Shown here: positions 39,175-51,240 of the stretch, one piece after another
How the letters are laid out: each line of letters begins with the position of its first letter
Numbering within the stretch: the first letter of the stretch is position 1
Origin: Squalus acanthias
Lineage: Eukaryota
NCBI GenBank assembly: GCA_030390025.1
Contig: CM059431.1
Span: forward strand, 96,784,001-96,848,000
Direction of reading: 5' to 3'
Length of the DNA: 64,000 bases
Notes under the pieces: model-generated
What the model was told of the DNA's origin: nothing
Databases searched by the model: none
The model's input: only the letters and a program-made list of their open reading frames with translations
Made by a program: the position numbers and the translations under genes

Positions 39175-39479
39175 CTTTATGTTGACATTTATACAAATAT
39201 TGAAAGATACAGGCAACACTACAGTGGAACTGCCACTTAGATTATATGCAATGGATGAATTCTAATAAAATATTCCCATTGTGAGTATATTTATTATTTT
39301 AATATTAGTGTTTCTTTCAGTTCCACAGTGTACAAGCTGGAAATATCCAGCCGGGAACCCTATATTCCTAGATCTGCCCACCAAGACTTAGCTCAATTCC
39401 TTCCACTTGACATGTTCTATTACTGACTCCACACAACCCATTTAATATTGAGGAAAAATTCTCCCTGCACTGTACTCAC

Positions 39480-39678
39480 AGTAAATCATTCGGAAGGTAA
39501 CCAGCGTACTGTTCAGCTGGTCTCCATCTCTGTAAAAGTCCAATATGTAGTATTCATCTAACATTATTACACATCTCTGCCCAAATTCTTTCCTTGGCAT
39601 GAATTTTCTATTTGCTTCAGAAAACATAATGAACCCGAGTTTAACATTGTAAAATGTGAGAAATGCCCATTTTTCATC
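39480..39678 (-). CDS. Putative internal exon of the giant-exon gene (199 bp, phase 0 to 1)
   Basis: ttcattattag|GAT...TAC T|gtgagt; DEKWAFLTFYNVKLGFIMFSEANRKFMPRKEFGQRCVIMLDEYYILDFYRDGDQLNSTLVTFRMIY. Confidence 0.7.
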
Positions 39679-39969
39679 CTAATAATGAACCATGAACAAT
39701 ATGGGAATGTGAGGCTTTCTGAGAATGCTTAGTTAAGCAATAAAGGAGAACTAGTAAACAATCACATTGGAACTTTGCCAAGCAGCTAGGAGCCACTTAA
39801 CATCTGATACAAGAGGTAAGTGGTATAAATATTGTTAATCCAGCTGTGGACTACACAATATTTGTGGAAAAATCCTCATTTACCCATGAGAGGCTGCACA
39901 AACTATTATGGATAAACATGAGCAGATTTTTACATGGGGAGATTAGCTCCAAATACGCAAAGGAGGCAC

Positions 39970-40036
39970 CAAAGTGCATCCACACCATTCACAGCCTGAG
40001 GAGGCCCTGGCTGGATGTCTGGTAAAAGTTGCACAA
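39970..40036 (-). CDS. Putative internal exon (67 bp, phase 2 to 0)
   Basis: Good acceptor ctttgtgtatttccttaag|T; weak donor TTG|gtgcct; CATFTRHPARASSGCEWCGCTL bridges the phases of the flanking exons. Confidence 0.45.
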
Positions 40037-42196
40037 CTTAAGGAAATACACAAAGTCAAGGTAAGAGTTGTGAAGTAACAGCACAGGACACACAGACATA
40101 AAGGAAAGTAGCATGAAGTGCTACTCAGTTGCTAGCTCAGTTGGTAGCACTCTCAGCCTAAGTCAGAAGCTTGTGAATTCAAGTCTCACTCCACAATACA
40201 TCAGCAGACTTCTCTATCGCCATAACAGGGGCTATTGTTAGTGAACAACAACTTGCATTTATATAGAAGAGCGTCCCACGGTGCTTCACAGAAGTGTAAT
40301 CAGATGAAAATGGACACCAAGACAAAGAAGCAGATATTAGGAGGGGTGGCTAAAAGCATGGTCAAAGAAATAAGTTTTAAGGGGAGTCTTAAGGAGGAGA
40401 GGTTTGGGGAGGACATTCCAGAGAGTGGGGCCTCGATAGCTGAAGGCACAGCTGCCATTGGTGGGCAAAGTGAATGGGGGATGCACAACAGGCTAGAGTC
40501 AGTGTATATGGGCATGTTGAGGTAGCATATCAGACAAATTGCAGATTAAATGCACACTGTGATAGGTAGCAGCGATTCTACAGGCCCTCCACTGTCCACA
40601 GTCCTGATGCTTTACAGCTTCGTCCTGAATAAATCACTAACTTTTTTTCACATTGTCCCTCCCTGTTGAGGGACTTCAGTGATGTGGAGAAGCTGGGATT
40701 GCTCTCCTTAGAGCAGAGAAGGTTAAGGGAAGATTTAATAGACGTATTCAAAATGATGAAGGGTTTCGATAGAGTAAATAAGAAACTGTTTCCAGTAGCT
40801 GGAGAGTCAGTAACCAGAGGTTACAAATTTAAGGTCATTGATTCGATGTTATGTATGAGTTTCGCCTTTTATCATAGGATTTAGGCAGTGTGATGAGTAT
40901 TTCTTTCTTCAGTGGCATGTATAAATAATTTGCAATGCACTAATTGTAGAAGAGCAAACTACAGAGGGATGAAGGAGGACTTTGTGTGGAAAGATTAACT
41001 GGTAAACAGTGGAGCAACACTTGGGATTATTTAAGTGTTGGATGGGTCAGCACAGTCTAGGGCTGCATCTGGGGACAGTCCAGGGGCTGCGACTAGGAAC
41101 AGTCATGGGGCAGTCTAGGACTGTTGTTTCAGATTACTGGAAATAAAGGACAAAAACAATGCAGGTGACAAATCTAAAGCCAGTGACACAACAGTCACAA
41201 GAAACAAAGAGAAAGGTAAAGAGAGCTGAGAGGGAATATGGGGGGTGAAAGTTTGCAGCCAACGTAAAGGGAAACAGCAAAGATCTTTATGAACACTCGA
41301 GGAAAAAGATTATTAAAGATGTGTGAAGCCACTCAACTGAGATGATTATGGGAGAAAAGAAATGAATACTTTGCTTCAGAACTTAGAGCACAGAAAGTCT
41401 TTAGGCTTGTGGATAAAGGCAGTCAATAGAAATTTAATATGGAGAAATGTGAGGTGATACATTTTGGGTGGAATAATGAGTGGAAATGTACACTAAGTGG
41501 TGCAACTTTAAAAGAGGAACAGGGAGAACTAGGGGTTCAGATACAGAAATCACTACAACTGGCAGGACACATTAATAAAGTTGTTTTTAAAAAAGAGCAT
41601 ACGGCAATCTGAGGTTTTATAAGAGCTAAATAGTAATGCTAAATCTATACAAATCATTGTTTAAGCTCCAGTTAGCATATTTCTAGAGGAATAGAATTAA
41701 AAAGGAATAGAACTAAAAAGTAGAGAAGTTCTGTTAAACTTGAATAGAACCTTGGTTAGACCACACTCGGAGTACTGTGAACAGTTCTGATCTCCATATT
41801 AGAAAAGGATTTAGAGGGACTAGAGAAAGTGCAAAAAAGGTATGATACCAGAACTGAGAACTTAGAACTATCAGACTTATAACTGAACGGGCTGGGGCTC
41901 TTTTCTGTAGAAAAGAGAAGGCTGAGGGGTGACCTGATAGAGATCTTTAAAATTATGAAGGGGTTCGATAGGGTAGACGTAGTGAAGATGTTTCCACTTG
42001 TGGAGGAGACCAGAACTAGGGGCCATAAATATAAGATAGTCACTAATAAATCCAATAGGCAATTCAGGAGAAACTTCTTTACCAGAGAGTGGTGAGAATG
42101 TGGAACTCGCTACCACAGGGAGTGGTTGAGGCGATTAGCAAAGATACATTTAAGGGGAAGCTAGATAAGCACATGAGGGATAAAGGAATAGAAGGA

Positions 42197-43594
42197 AACA
42201 ACAACAGAAAATGCTGGAAAAACTCAGCAGGCCAGGCAACATCCGTGGAGAGAGAAACAGAGTTAACATTTCAGGTCGAAACCCTTCGTCAGAACTGAGA
42301 AAAAAGCAGGAAATGAAACAGTTAAAAAAGCAAGGGGGAGGCTGGGGGGAGGAGTAAAAGAACAAAAGGGGTGGTCTATGGTAAGTAGAGACATTAAGAG
42401 ATGCTCAAGGCAAGACGAGATGGTAATAGGACAGGCTAAGAAACAAAAGGTGGCTAGAAGTGTGAAGTGTGAAATGCCCTCGACCGTGTCCGTTCTATCT
42501 CCCGCACTTCTGCCCTCACCCCGGCCCCTCCCTCCCGGAACCACGATAGAGTTCCCCTTGTCCTCACCTTTCACCCCACCAGCCTCCACATTCAACGGAT
42601 CATCCTCCGCCATTTCCACCACCTCCAACGTGATCCCACCACCAAACGTATCTTCCCCTCACCTCCCCTTTCAGCATTCCGTATGGACCGCTCCCTCCGA
42701 GACACCCTACTCCACTCCTCTATCACCCCCAGCACCCCTTCTCCCTTGCCTGGCACCTTCCCGTGCAAGTGCAGGAGATGCAACACTTGCCCTTATACAT
42801 TCCCCGCTTCCCACTCTCCAGGGCCCCAAACACCCCTTCCAGGTGAAACAGCGATTTACTTGTACTTCTTGCAATCTAGTATACTGTATTCGCTGCTCAC
42901 GATGTGGTCTCCTCTACATTGGGGAGACCAAACGCAGATTGGGTGACCGCTTTGCGGAACACCTCCGTTCAGTCCGTAAGGGTGACCCCGAGCTTCCGGT
43001 CGCTTGTCATTTTAATTCACCTCTCCACGCCCACTCAGACCTCACCGTCCTCAGCCTCGGCATTGTTCCACGGAAGCTCAGCGTAAGCTCGAGGAACAGC
43101 ACCTCATCTTCCGATTAAGCACTTTACAGCCTTCCAGACACAATATCGAGTTCAACAATTTCAGATCATAACCTCGGCCCCTACCACATATATATATATA
43201 TATATATATTATCCACCTTTTGGTTTGTGCCTTTTCCCTTATTTTTCTCTCTCTCCCCCCACGGCAGCTGTCTCTCATTCTGCCAGCATTTCACACTTCA
43301 CACTTCTGAGCCACCTTTTGTTTCTTAACCTGTCCTATTACCATCTCGTCTTGCCTTGAGCATCTCTTAATGTCTCTACTTACCATAGACCACCCCTTTT
43401 GTTCTTTTATTCCTCCCCCCAGCCTCCCCCTTGCTTTTTTATCTGTTTCATTTCCTGCTTTTTTCTCAGTTCTGACGAAGGGTTTCGACCTGAAACGTTA
43501 ACTCTGTTTCTCTCTCCATGGATGTTGCCTGGCCTGCTGAGTTTTTCCAGCGTTTTCTGTTGTTTCAATTTTCCAGCATCCGCAGTATTTTGCT
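42197..43594 (+). mobile_element. Penelope-like element, 5'-truncated, with ~280-bp inverted termini and GIY-YIG endonuclease remnant
   Basis: FTCTSCNLVYCIRCSRCGLLYIGETKRRLGDRFAEHLRSVR (GIY-YIG, CxxC); 42197-42477 is the reverse complement of ~43287-43566; ~14-bp TSD aaggaatagaagga / aagaaatagaagga. Confidence 0.92.
43467..43503 (+). ncRNA. Minimal type I hammerhead ribozyme motif in the PLE terminus
   Basis: agtt-CTGACGA-a-gggt-ttcg-acct-GAAACGTT-aact: intact CUGANGA and GAAA..UH core, palindromic ACGU stem III. Confidence 0.75.
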
Positions 43595-43717
43595 AAGAAA
43601 TAGAAGGATATGCTGATAGGGTGAGATGAAGTAGGGGTGGGAGGAGGCTTTTGTGGAGCATAAACACCAGCATGGACCAGTTGGGTCAAATGGCCTGTTT
43701 CTGTGCTGCAATTCTAT

Positions 43718-44473
43718 GGCCCAGAAATTCCGTTCGCAGGCCTCCCGCGGGCGGAGGGCTGCGATCTGGAAAAATCTGCACCTGGACCGGAGGGCTCCCA
43801 GGAGGCGCAGAGTTCCGTTGCTGGGCCTCTCCAAACTGCCAGTGTGCAGGGCCCACGTGATCCAAGAGGCGCAGGTAGTTCACAGCGTCCCTGGGATCAC
43901 GTGGGCCATGGGGAGCCAATCAGAGAAGGGAATCTCCCTTCATACATTTGACAGGAAGACCTGTCAAATATATGAATGGAGATCACCCCCAAAACATAGT
44001 AAAACTTTAAATAAATTAAAAAAAAAAAATCACATTTTTAAAATGACTTTAAATGACATAAATTAAGTATTTTAAACAAAAATTTTATTTTTTGAAAAAA
44101 ATAATTAAAGTTTTTAACGGGGCTAAAAATAAACTTACCTTTCTTTAAAGTATTTTTAAATGATAAATCAGTGGAAATTAAAAAAAACACTTTTTTCAAC
44201 TCTTATCCTGGTAAAAGCAGGCCTTACGCTGCTTTTCCAGGCGCAAGAATTGTAAGTGTTTTCTGCGGGCGGAGGGTCTCCCAAAAATGGAACTCTCCTC
44301 CCGCAGAGGCCCTTCTCCCGGGCAGCCGGAGGATCTGTCAAGAGCTTTCTTGACAGCTCGGAAATGCCGGTTTCCAGCGCATGCGCAGTGTATGCCTAAA
44401 ACCGGCATTTCTGATGGCCCTGTGGGTGAGTACACAGCGCGTACACACCCGTAGGGAACGGAATTTCTGCCTC
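43718..44473. mobile_element. MITE (Harbinger-like) with TIRs and 3-bp TSD
   Basis: GGCCCAGAAATTCCGTTC ... GAACGGAATTTCTGCCTC, flanked by tat/tat; GC-rich arms with an AT-rich centre. Confidence 0.78.
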
Positions 44474-45491
44474 TATGTAATTACAACCAGTCTGCCCACG
44501 CTGCACAGAAGGCTTTGGCTGGAGTTTGGATATCTGTGAGCAAGATTACTGACACCTGGAAACCTGTCACCCACAGTGACTGACTAACGATCACTAGAAT
44601 CCAACCATTCTAAATTATAATTGTTTCAGGGGAAGGGTTAAATGTGACTGTAGTGTTGCAGGGAGTGGGGTGGGGGGTTCACATGCTGTGTCAATTCTGG
44701 TACAACAATGCTGTCTAGGAACCACAGGAAATGCCATTTTGGTGACCTGTTACTTGAGGCTCTAGCAACGGGTGTGAGGGAATATCCAAGCACGAGCTAT
44801 GGAGTGGATGGGTATCTCTTCCCCCTGAAATGAAGGAGGTGCCAGGACATTGCCGAGCGAACAAACACTGTTCTGAACCCAGTGGAGTTACGGGGGATGC
44901 TGCAAGAAGTTGTCTGGCATACGAAACCTGGCCAGGTAAGTCATTTTATATTAACGTGCACCTGCCTCATGGCATGGGAAAAGGTCAACACTGACAAACA
45001 TCTCAGCCAGAAATGTTAGCCCATCTGAGTCTGAAGTGCAGTTCGCACCTGAAATGTCAACTTGTGTGCTCTCTCCCCAGATGCTGCCTGAACTGCTGAG
45101 TGTTGCTGAGAGAGCAGTGCTGGACTGGCGACAATTTATATGAATCGAAGGAAAGATACAAGGGTGAGGGGAATGAGTTGGTTGATGTGCCAAGCCCCTG
45201 GCAACCCAATTCAGAAAGCACAATGATGGAAATACCTTTTAAACATCCAATGTATCATACAGACCAGGCTCTGTCCAGACTTTCTCAGTGTCCTGTGTGC
45301 TGTCAAAGTTTCAATACCGCTTTTAATTTGATCTTTAACATATGGGAATGCCTGTTTCCTTGGGGAACACTGATCCTTCACCCTTTGTGGGGTAGAGTGA
45401 AACTGGAGAGTCTGCCCGAGCTCACGGTTGACCCAGTCAATCTCCCGAACTGCTGCCCATGGTGAGTTGGAGGATGCAGTCTATCACTCAC

Positions 45492-45608
45492 TTGTAGAAG
45501 ACTTTCTGCTGTGTATACTGCAATGGCTCCATCCTGTGTTTGGGCCCCAACTCTCCACTGTCATCTCGAAATAGCGCATGTCCAAACTTATTCTTCACCA
45601 GCAACACT
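45492..45608 (-). CDS. Putative internal exon of the giant-exon gene (117 bp, phase 2 to 2)
   Basis: ctttcactatctgattttag|A GTG...TAC AA|gtgagt; only one open frame: VLLVKNKFGHALFRDDSGELGPKHRMEPLQYTQQKVFY. Confidence 0.7.
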
Positions 45609-46294
45609 CTAAAATCAGATAGTGAAAGATGTTTTATCCAGAATAAATAATAAACGAAAAATCAAATGACCATTTACAGTCCTCACCACTTAAACTGCCC
45701 ATATTTAAATCGGGGAAAGAGCACTAACCATTTGCTGTTAGCAGTATTGTCAGTTACAGATTTGCTGCTCAGTGTGTTAAGTGCGGCGGCTGTTCCAAAC
45801 AGACACAGGTGTTGAGTGAATAGTTCGCACCGTGTTAAGGTGCAGTTCCTTGTTATAATTCTGGGTTATGGAGCCACGCGAGTTCAGCAGAAGAGAAGCT
45901 GAGCAAAGTTGACTGATCCTGTGGACAGCATCAGTACGGAAGCAAGTGAAGAGTGTGTCACATCCAATTGTCAGTATGACAATCGTACACAACACTACAT
46001 GATAACTATAGTGTTTTTGCAGCAGAGAAAAGAGAGGGCCAGAATTAGAGAGTTTGAGCAGCGCTTCCCAGTACCTGATCACTGCAGGATTCTTCTCGAA
46101 TAGTTAGCGACAATGGAGATTAATGGACTTTAAACGGAACTGTCTGAAATACTTGTTAAGGAAAAAATCCTTCCAGTCAGGGTTATAAAGAAGCAGCATA
46201 GCTTCAATAAACTGTCTAACACATGTAGTGGGCAAACCACATTAGCACCAAAGCACCCGCTGTAAGACGTGGGGACTGTACCTCATCTTACAAT

Positions 46295-46804
46295 CATAGA
46301 AATTTACAGCACAGAAGGAGGCCATTTGACCCATCGTGTCTGTGCCGGCCGAAAAAAAGCTATCCAGCCTAATCCCACTTTCCAGCTCTTGGTCCGTAGC
46401 CCTGTAGGTTACAGCACTTCAAGTGCATATCCAAGTACTTTTTAAATGTGATAAGGGTCTCTGCCTCTACCACCCTTTCAGGCAGTGAGTTCCAGACCCC
46501 CACCACCCTCTGGGTGTAAAAAGTTCTCTTCAACTCCCCTCTAATCCTTCTACCAATTACTTTAAATCTATGCCCCCTGGTTATTGACCTCTGCTAAGGG
46601 AGATAGGTCCTTCCTATCCACTCTATCTAGGCCCCTCATAATTTTATACACCTCAATTAAATCTCACCTCAGCCTCCTCTGTTCCAAAGAAAACAACCCC
46701 AGCCTATCCAATCTTTCCTCATAGCTAAAATTCCCCAGCCCAGGCAACATCCTCGTAAATCTCCTCTGTACCCTCTCTAGTGCAATCACATCCTTCCTGT
46801 AATG
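46295..46804 (-). mobile_element. CR1 LINE 3' fragment (same subfamily as 8935-9945)
   Basis: HYRKDVIALERVQRRFTRMLPGLGNFSYEERL; near-identical 3' UTR. Confidence 0.93.
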
Positions 46805-46989
46805 AATCTCACTGGTAAAGTCATAACTTAAAGTATGGAATTGATTTACGTGTGGAAAAAATAATGAACAAGATGCTACACAGTAAAATAGAACATCATC
46901 TGATACAATGGAGCAAAATGTTAAAATCATCATTTTTTTAATGAATTGAAAGTAAGCAATGGCAATATGTATTTTAATTTGTACACAAC

Positions 46990-47085
46990 CTGGCGTTATG
47001 GAAGAATTTCAGTCCCATAGCTCTGTCCTTATTTTTATATTCCGATTTTCTATTCATATGTCCACAGTTATAATGGGAACTGTCT
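46990..47085 (-). CDS. Putative internal exon (96 bp, phase 2 to 2)
   Basis: gtttacag|A GAC...GCC AG|gttgtg; DSSHYNCGHMNRKSEYKNKDRAMGLKFFHNA; phases fit both neighbours. Confidence 0.62.
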
Positions 47086-47170
47086 CTGTAAACTCGTCAA
47101 GCTGTAATTGCAGCTTCTCACCAGCGGTGACCCTGTAGCACCCCCAGGAGAGGGGCAGAGTAATTACAGT

Positions 47171-47952
47171 GGGCTGGATTTTGTCTTGGGGTCGGGTTGG
47201 GGTTGTGTTAGCCACATTTCGTGTTGCCCCCCCGACTCCAGATTAATGTAGATGAATGATGCAATTTTCACTTAATTGGGTAATTGAGTTCCAGCATGTG
47301 GGAACCCATGAACCAATTAGTGGTTTCAGTCTGAAAGTCGCCTCTGATGATGTCATCATTGCAGGTCAGAGACTGCCTGCCTGGTCTCAGAAACTGCCTG
47401 GCTTTTGGTGTGGACCTGGATGCAAAATGAGCAGGAGAGAGAGAGAGACAGAGATAGAGAAAGAGAGAGAGAGAGAGAGAATGAATGAATTTTTTTTCCA
47501 TCCAGGGCCTCTCACAGCAAGGCCAGGCAGTCTCTGAAGACAATGCAGCAGCATCAGAGGCGACTTTCAGACCTAATACTACTACCTTCATCACAATACT
47601 ACTACCCTTCATCACATCTCCGTTGTAATAGTGGGCCTACAGCTGATAGTCAGCTATCCACTTGTGCTCCCGCCAGGTTTCACTGGAGTGTTTCACATCA
47701 GGCGTACTTCACGTCGGAAAAGGGTTAAACTAGCTAAAACGTTTCAAAATGGCATTACAGAGCCAATTTAGGCCTTGTTAAGGGCTTTAATGGCCTCTCC
47801 CGCCTCTTGGAGGCGGGACGGAGTCGGGAACTCCGCGACCGATTTTGTCAAAATTGCGTGAAGGCGGGATGGAGTCGGGACCCCCGACCCCGCAACTTTA
47901 ACCCCCCACACGCCTCCAAACCCGACTCCACAGGTCATTGAAAATCCAGCCC
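47171..47952. mobile_element. MITE (Harbinger-like) with TIRs and 3-bp TSD
   Basis: GGGCTGGATTTT ... AAAATCCAGCCC, flanked by agt/agt; contains (GA)n. Confidence 0.85.
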
Positions 47953-48099
47953 AGTGTGTTTACACAGGCAGCTTCCACTATATAGACCTAGGAATCACTG
48001 ATGTAAAGTGGTGACAGGAATTGCCCATAGCTATATTAAAAAATCATGTTATTTATATAGATAATAATGGAAAATGTAAAAATTATATGATATGAAGAG

Positions 48100-48530
48100 A
48101 AGTTTTCTCTAGGAAAGAGAAGGCTAAACGATAACCTGATAGAGCTCTTTAAGATTATGAAAGGGTTTGATAGGGTAAACATAGAGAAGATGTTATCACT
48201 TGTGTGGGAGACCAAAACTAGGGGCCATAAATATAAGATAGTCACTAATAAATCCAATAGAGAATTCAGGAGAAACTTCTTTACCCAGAGAGTAGTTAGA
48301 ATGTGGAACTCACTACTACAGGGAGTGGTTGAGGCGAATAGTATAGACACATTTAAGTGGATGCTAGATAAGCACATGAGGGAGAAAGGAATAGAAAGAT
48401 ATACTGATAGGGTGGAATAGAAAGATATACTGATAGGGTGAAATAAAGATGGGTGGGAGGAGGCTGGTGTGGAACATAAACACTGGCATGGAGCAGTTGT
48501 GCCGAATGGCCTTTTACTGTGCTGTAAATA
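48100..48530 (+). mobile_element. CR1 LINE 3' fragment
   Basis: ORF 48157-48420 TRGHKYKI...RRNFFTQRVVRMWNSL. Confidence 0.92.
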
Positions 48531-48679
48531 TATATAAATTATCTGTGAGAATTCAAATATTAAAAAATGGGGAAACGCATTACAGTGTTTGAAAGTGGTG
48601 AAAAAAGTCTACATAAAGGTCAGCAAGCATTAGAGACGAATTAGCTCTGGTGATCTGACCTTTGGCACTGATTGAGGTG

Positions 48680-49131
48680 GGTATTAGTTTGGCTCCTTCC
48701 TGGCTGCCACAGGGATATCAGTAACATCAGTCAATCTGCAGTCCATGCTTGCATTAAGCAGGTGACTGACTGTTTGTTAAAGCAAACACTTTCATCACTT
48801 TCCCCATGGACTTCCAGAAACAGCAGGATAGGGCTCTGGGATTCACACAGATTGAAGGGTTCCCCCAAGTCCAGGGCATCAGTGACTGCACCCACTTCAC
48901 CCTGCGGGCTCCTTCAGACACCACTGCCTTCATGAATCGCAAGGGCTTCCACTCCATTAATGTGAAGCTGGTGTGAGAGCACCAGCAGTGCATCAGGCAG
49001 GTCTGTGCCCACTTTCCTGGCAGCTGCCATGATGCTTTTATACTGCGCCAATCCTCTATCGCCCCAGTCTTTGTCCCTGCACAGTGAGAGGCTGGCTACT
49101 TGGGACATGGGCTATCACCTGTACACTTGGC
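48680..49131 (+). mobile_element. Harbinger/PIF transposase (HARBI1-like DDE) relic
   Basis: Across frameshifts: ISQSAVHACIKQVT...GFPQVQGISDCTH...NRKGFHSINV...FPGSCHDAFIL...GWLLGxxGY. Confidence 0.88.
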
Positions 49132-51013
49132 GGTTTGCACAGAGCGGGATTAAATGGAGTGGACTTGAACAGAGTGTTTTATTTGGGAATTTGGAAAGAG
49201 TGGGAATTCGGAGAAGAGAGGGAAGGAGTTGTTGCTTTTTGCCTACAATACTTGTAGTGCTTTGTGATACAGGTAGATATTTAATTTCAGTACCCTTAAC
49301 TTAATCTAGATCAAATAAGTAGTCAAGAAACTACACTGTAAACTTAAGTTACCTAAATACAAATTTAATTAATCATATAGGGATGGCAGTGCAGGTGGTG
49401 TGCCGTAACTGCAGCATGTGGGAGTTTGTGGAGAGCATTGTGATCCTGGACAATCATGTTTCTAGTAAGTGCCTGCATCTTGAGGAACTTCAGCTCAGAG
49501 TTTTTGAGCTGGAGTTTGAGGTTCAGACATTGCGGGGCATCAGGGAGGGGGAGAGTTACCTGGACACTTTGATCCAGGAGGCAGTCACACCTCTTAGGTT
49601 AGATAGTGGTACAGGTCTGGTTAGTGGTCAGGGACAGGAGGGTGTGACTGCAACTCAGGCAGGTAAGGGGACCCTAGGTGCAGTGCTGGAGGAGCATCAG
49701 CCTTTGCCCTTGTCCAACAGGTATGAAGTTCTTGCTGCCTGTGTGGATAAGGGAAAAGCCTGCAGGATGGATGAGCAAGCTGACCATGGTGCAGGAGGCC
49801 ATTCAAGTGGAGGGAGTGAAAGGGAATGTAGTTGTGGTAGGGGACAGTATAGCCAGGGGGATAGATACTGTTCTCTGCAGCCGTGACCGAGAGTTCCAAA
49901 GGTTGTGTTGCCTGCCCGGTGCCAGGGTTAAAGACATCTCCTCGCGGCTGGAGGAGAACTTGGAGTGGGAGGGGGAGGATCCAGTTGTCGTGGTCCATGT
50001 AGGAACCAACAACATAGATAGAACTAGGAATGAGGTTCTGCTGAGGGAGTTTGAGGAGCTAGGATCCAAATTAAAAAGCAGAACCTCAAAGGTAATAATC
50101 TCCAGATTGTTACCTGAGCCACGCGCAAATTGGCATAAGGACAAACAGATTCTAGGTTTAAATGCATGGCTGAAAGAGTGGTGTGGGAGGAAGGGGTTTC
50201 AGTTCATGGGGCACTGGCACCAGTACTGGGGAAAGAGGGAGCTGTTCCGTTGGGACGGGCTCCACTTAAACCGGGCTGGGACCAGTGTCCTGGCAAACCG
50301 AATAACTAGGGCAGTAGACAGGGCTTTAAACTAATGAAGGGGGGGTGGGAGGATTCAGGAAAGAGTGAATTTAAAAGCAGCGAGAGAAATGTCAAGGCTC
50401 TAGAGCAGAGTAGACTTTTGGGTAAAAATAAGCAGAGTGGGTCAGGAAGGGACAGAGAGAGTAACAAAGGTAATAAGGCATCAGTGACTAGGGTGACATC
50501 AGGGAAAAATAGAAATAAGTCAAAGCTAAATGCACTATATCTGAATGCGTGAAGCATTGACAACAAAATAGATGAATTAATAGCGCAGATAGAAATTAAC
50601 AGGTTTGATCTAATAGCCATAACACACATGTGGTTGAAAAGTGGCCATGGCTGGGAACTAAATATTCCAGGATACTTAACGTTTAGAAGAGATAGGCAAA
50701 ATGGAAAAGGAGGAGGGGTAGCCCTGATAATAAAGGATGGGATGAAGACAGTAGAGAGAAAGGATCTTAGCTCTGAAAATCAAGAAGTAGAATCAGTTTG
50801 GGTAGAGCTAAGAAACAGCAAGGGGCAGAAAACATTGGTGGGAGTTGTTTATAGGCCTCCAAACAGTAGTTGTAATGTAGGGCAGAGTATAAATCAGGAA
50901 ATTAGAGGTGCACGTAACAAGGGTAATACAGTGATCATGGGGGACTTTAATTTACATATAGACTGGGCAAACCAAATTTGCAGTAATAGTGTGGAGGACA
51001 AATTCATGGAATG

Positions 51014-51240
51014 TGACATGAATCTGTCATTCATGAAAGAAAGACTTATGAAATAATACTGAGTGGCCTGCGGGTGGCGATGTCCAGGGAGAGTATAAAT
51101 ACTCGGGCACGGGCCCAGCTTGCGCAGGACATTCTTAACCGGAACTAGTGAAGGACACAACTAGACCTCCATGTTGTAAAACAGTTGATTAAAGCTTTGT
51201 TTAACGCTTAGACCAAGTGCCTAGTAGTTTTCTTACATCA
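51014..51240 (+). mobile_element. Solo LTR (227 bp) inserted in CR1 ORF2
   Basis: TG...CA termini, 5-bp TSD GAATG (51009-13, 51241-45), TATAAATA and ATTAAA inside; removal restores ...KFMEC.QDSFLDQYV. Confidence 0.85.

Larger units (their letters stand above)
41390..43717 (+). mobile_element. CR1 LINE 3' fragment interrupted by a Penelope-like element
   Basis: VRMWNSLPQGVVEA... at 42089; sequence resumes at 43595 with the same 3' UTR as the uninterrupted copy at 48100-48530. Confidence 0.85.

Noticed and set aside
39194..39196. ORF-track start 'M' of the 2541-aa ORF
   Set aside because: It is a TTG codon; the frame stays open to 39241 and is better explained as a spliced terminal exon
31571..39196. 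Giant ORF as a viral or transposon polyprotein
   Set aside because: No protease, RT, integrase, helicase or capsid motifs seen; no LTRs or TIRs; has upstream spliceable exons and a poly(A) signal
39077..39261. Alternative acceptor ttattag at ~39262 giving NSSIAYNLSG...IIRK*
   Set aside because: Joining it to the upstream phase-1 donor creates an immediate TAA; could only be a truncating isoform
40127..40195. tRNA-like sequence (tagctcagttggtagcac...aattcaagtc)
   Set aside because: Degenerate tRNA-derived SINE head with A/B-box remnants; no complete cloverleaf
44754..45292. Further candidate minus-strand exons (GRDTHPL..., TLRKSGQ...)
   Set aside because: Phases not required by or not compatible with the chain, or weak splice sites; insufficient support
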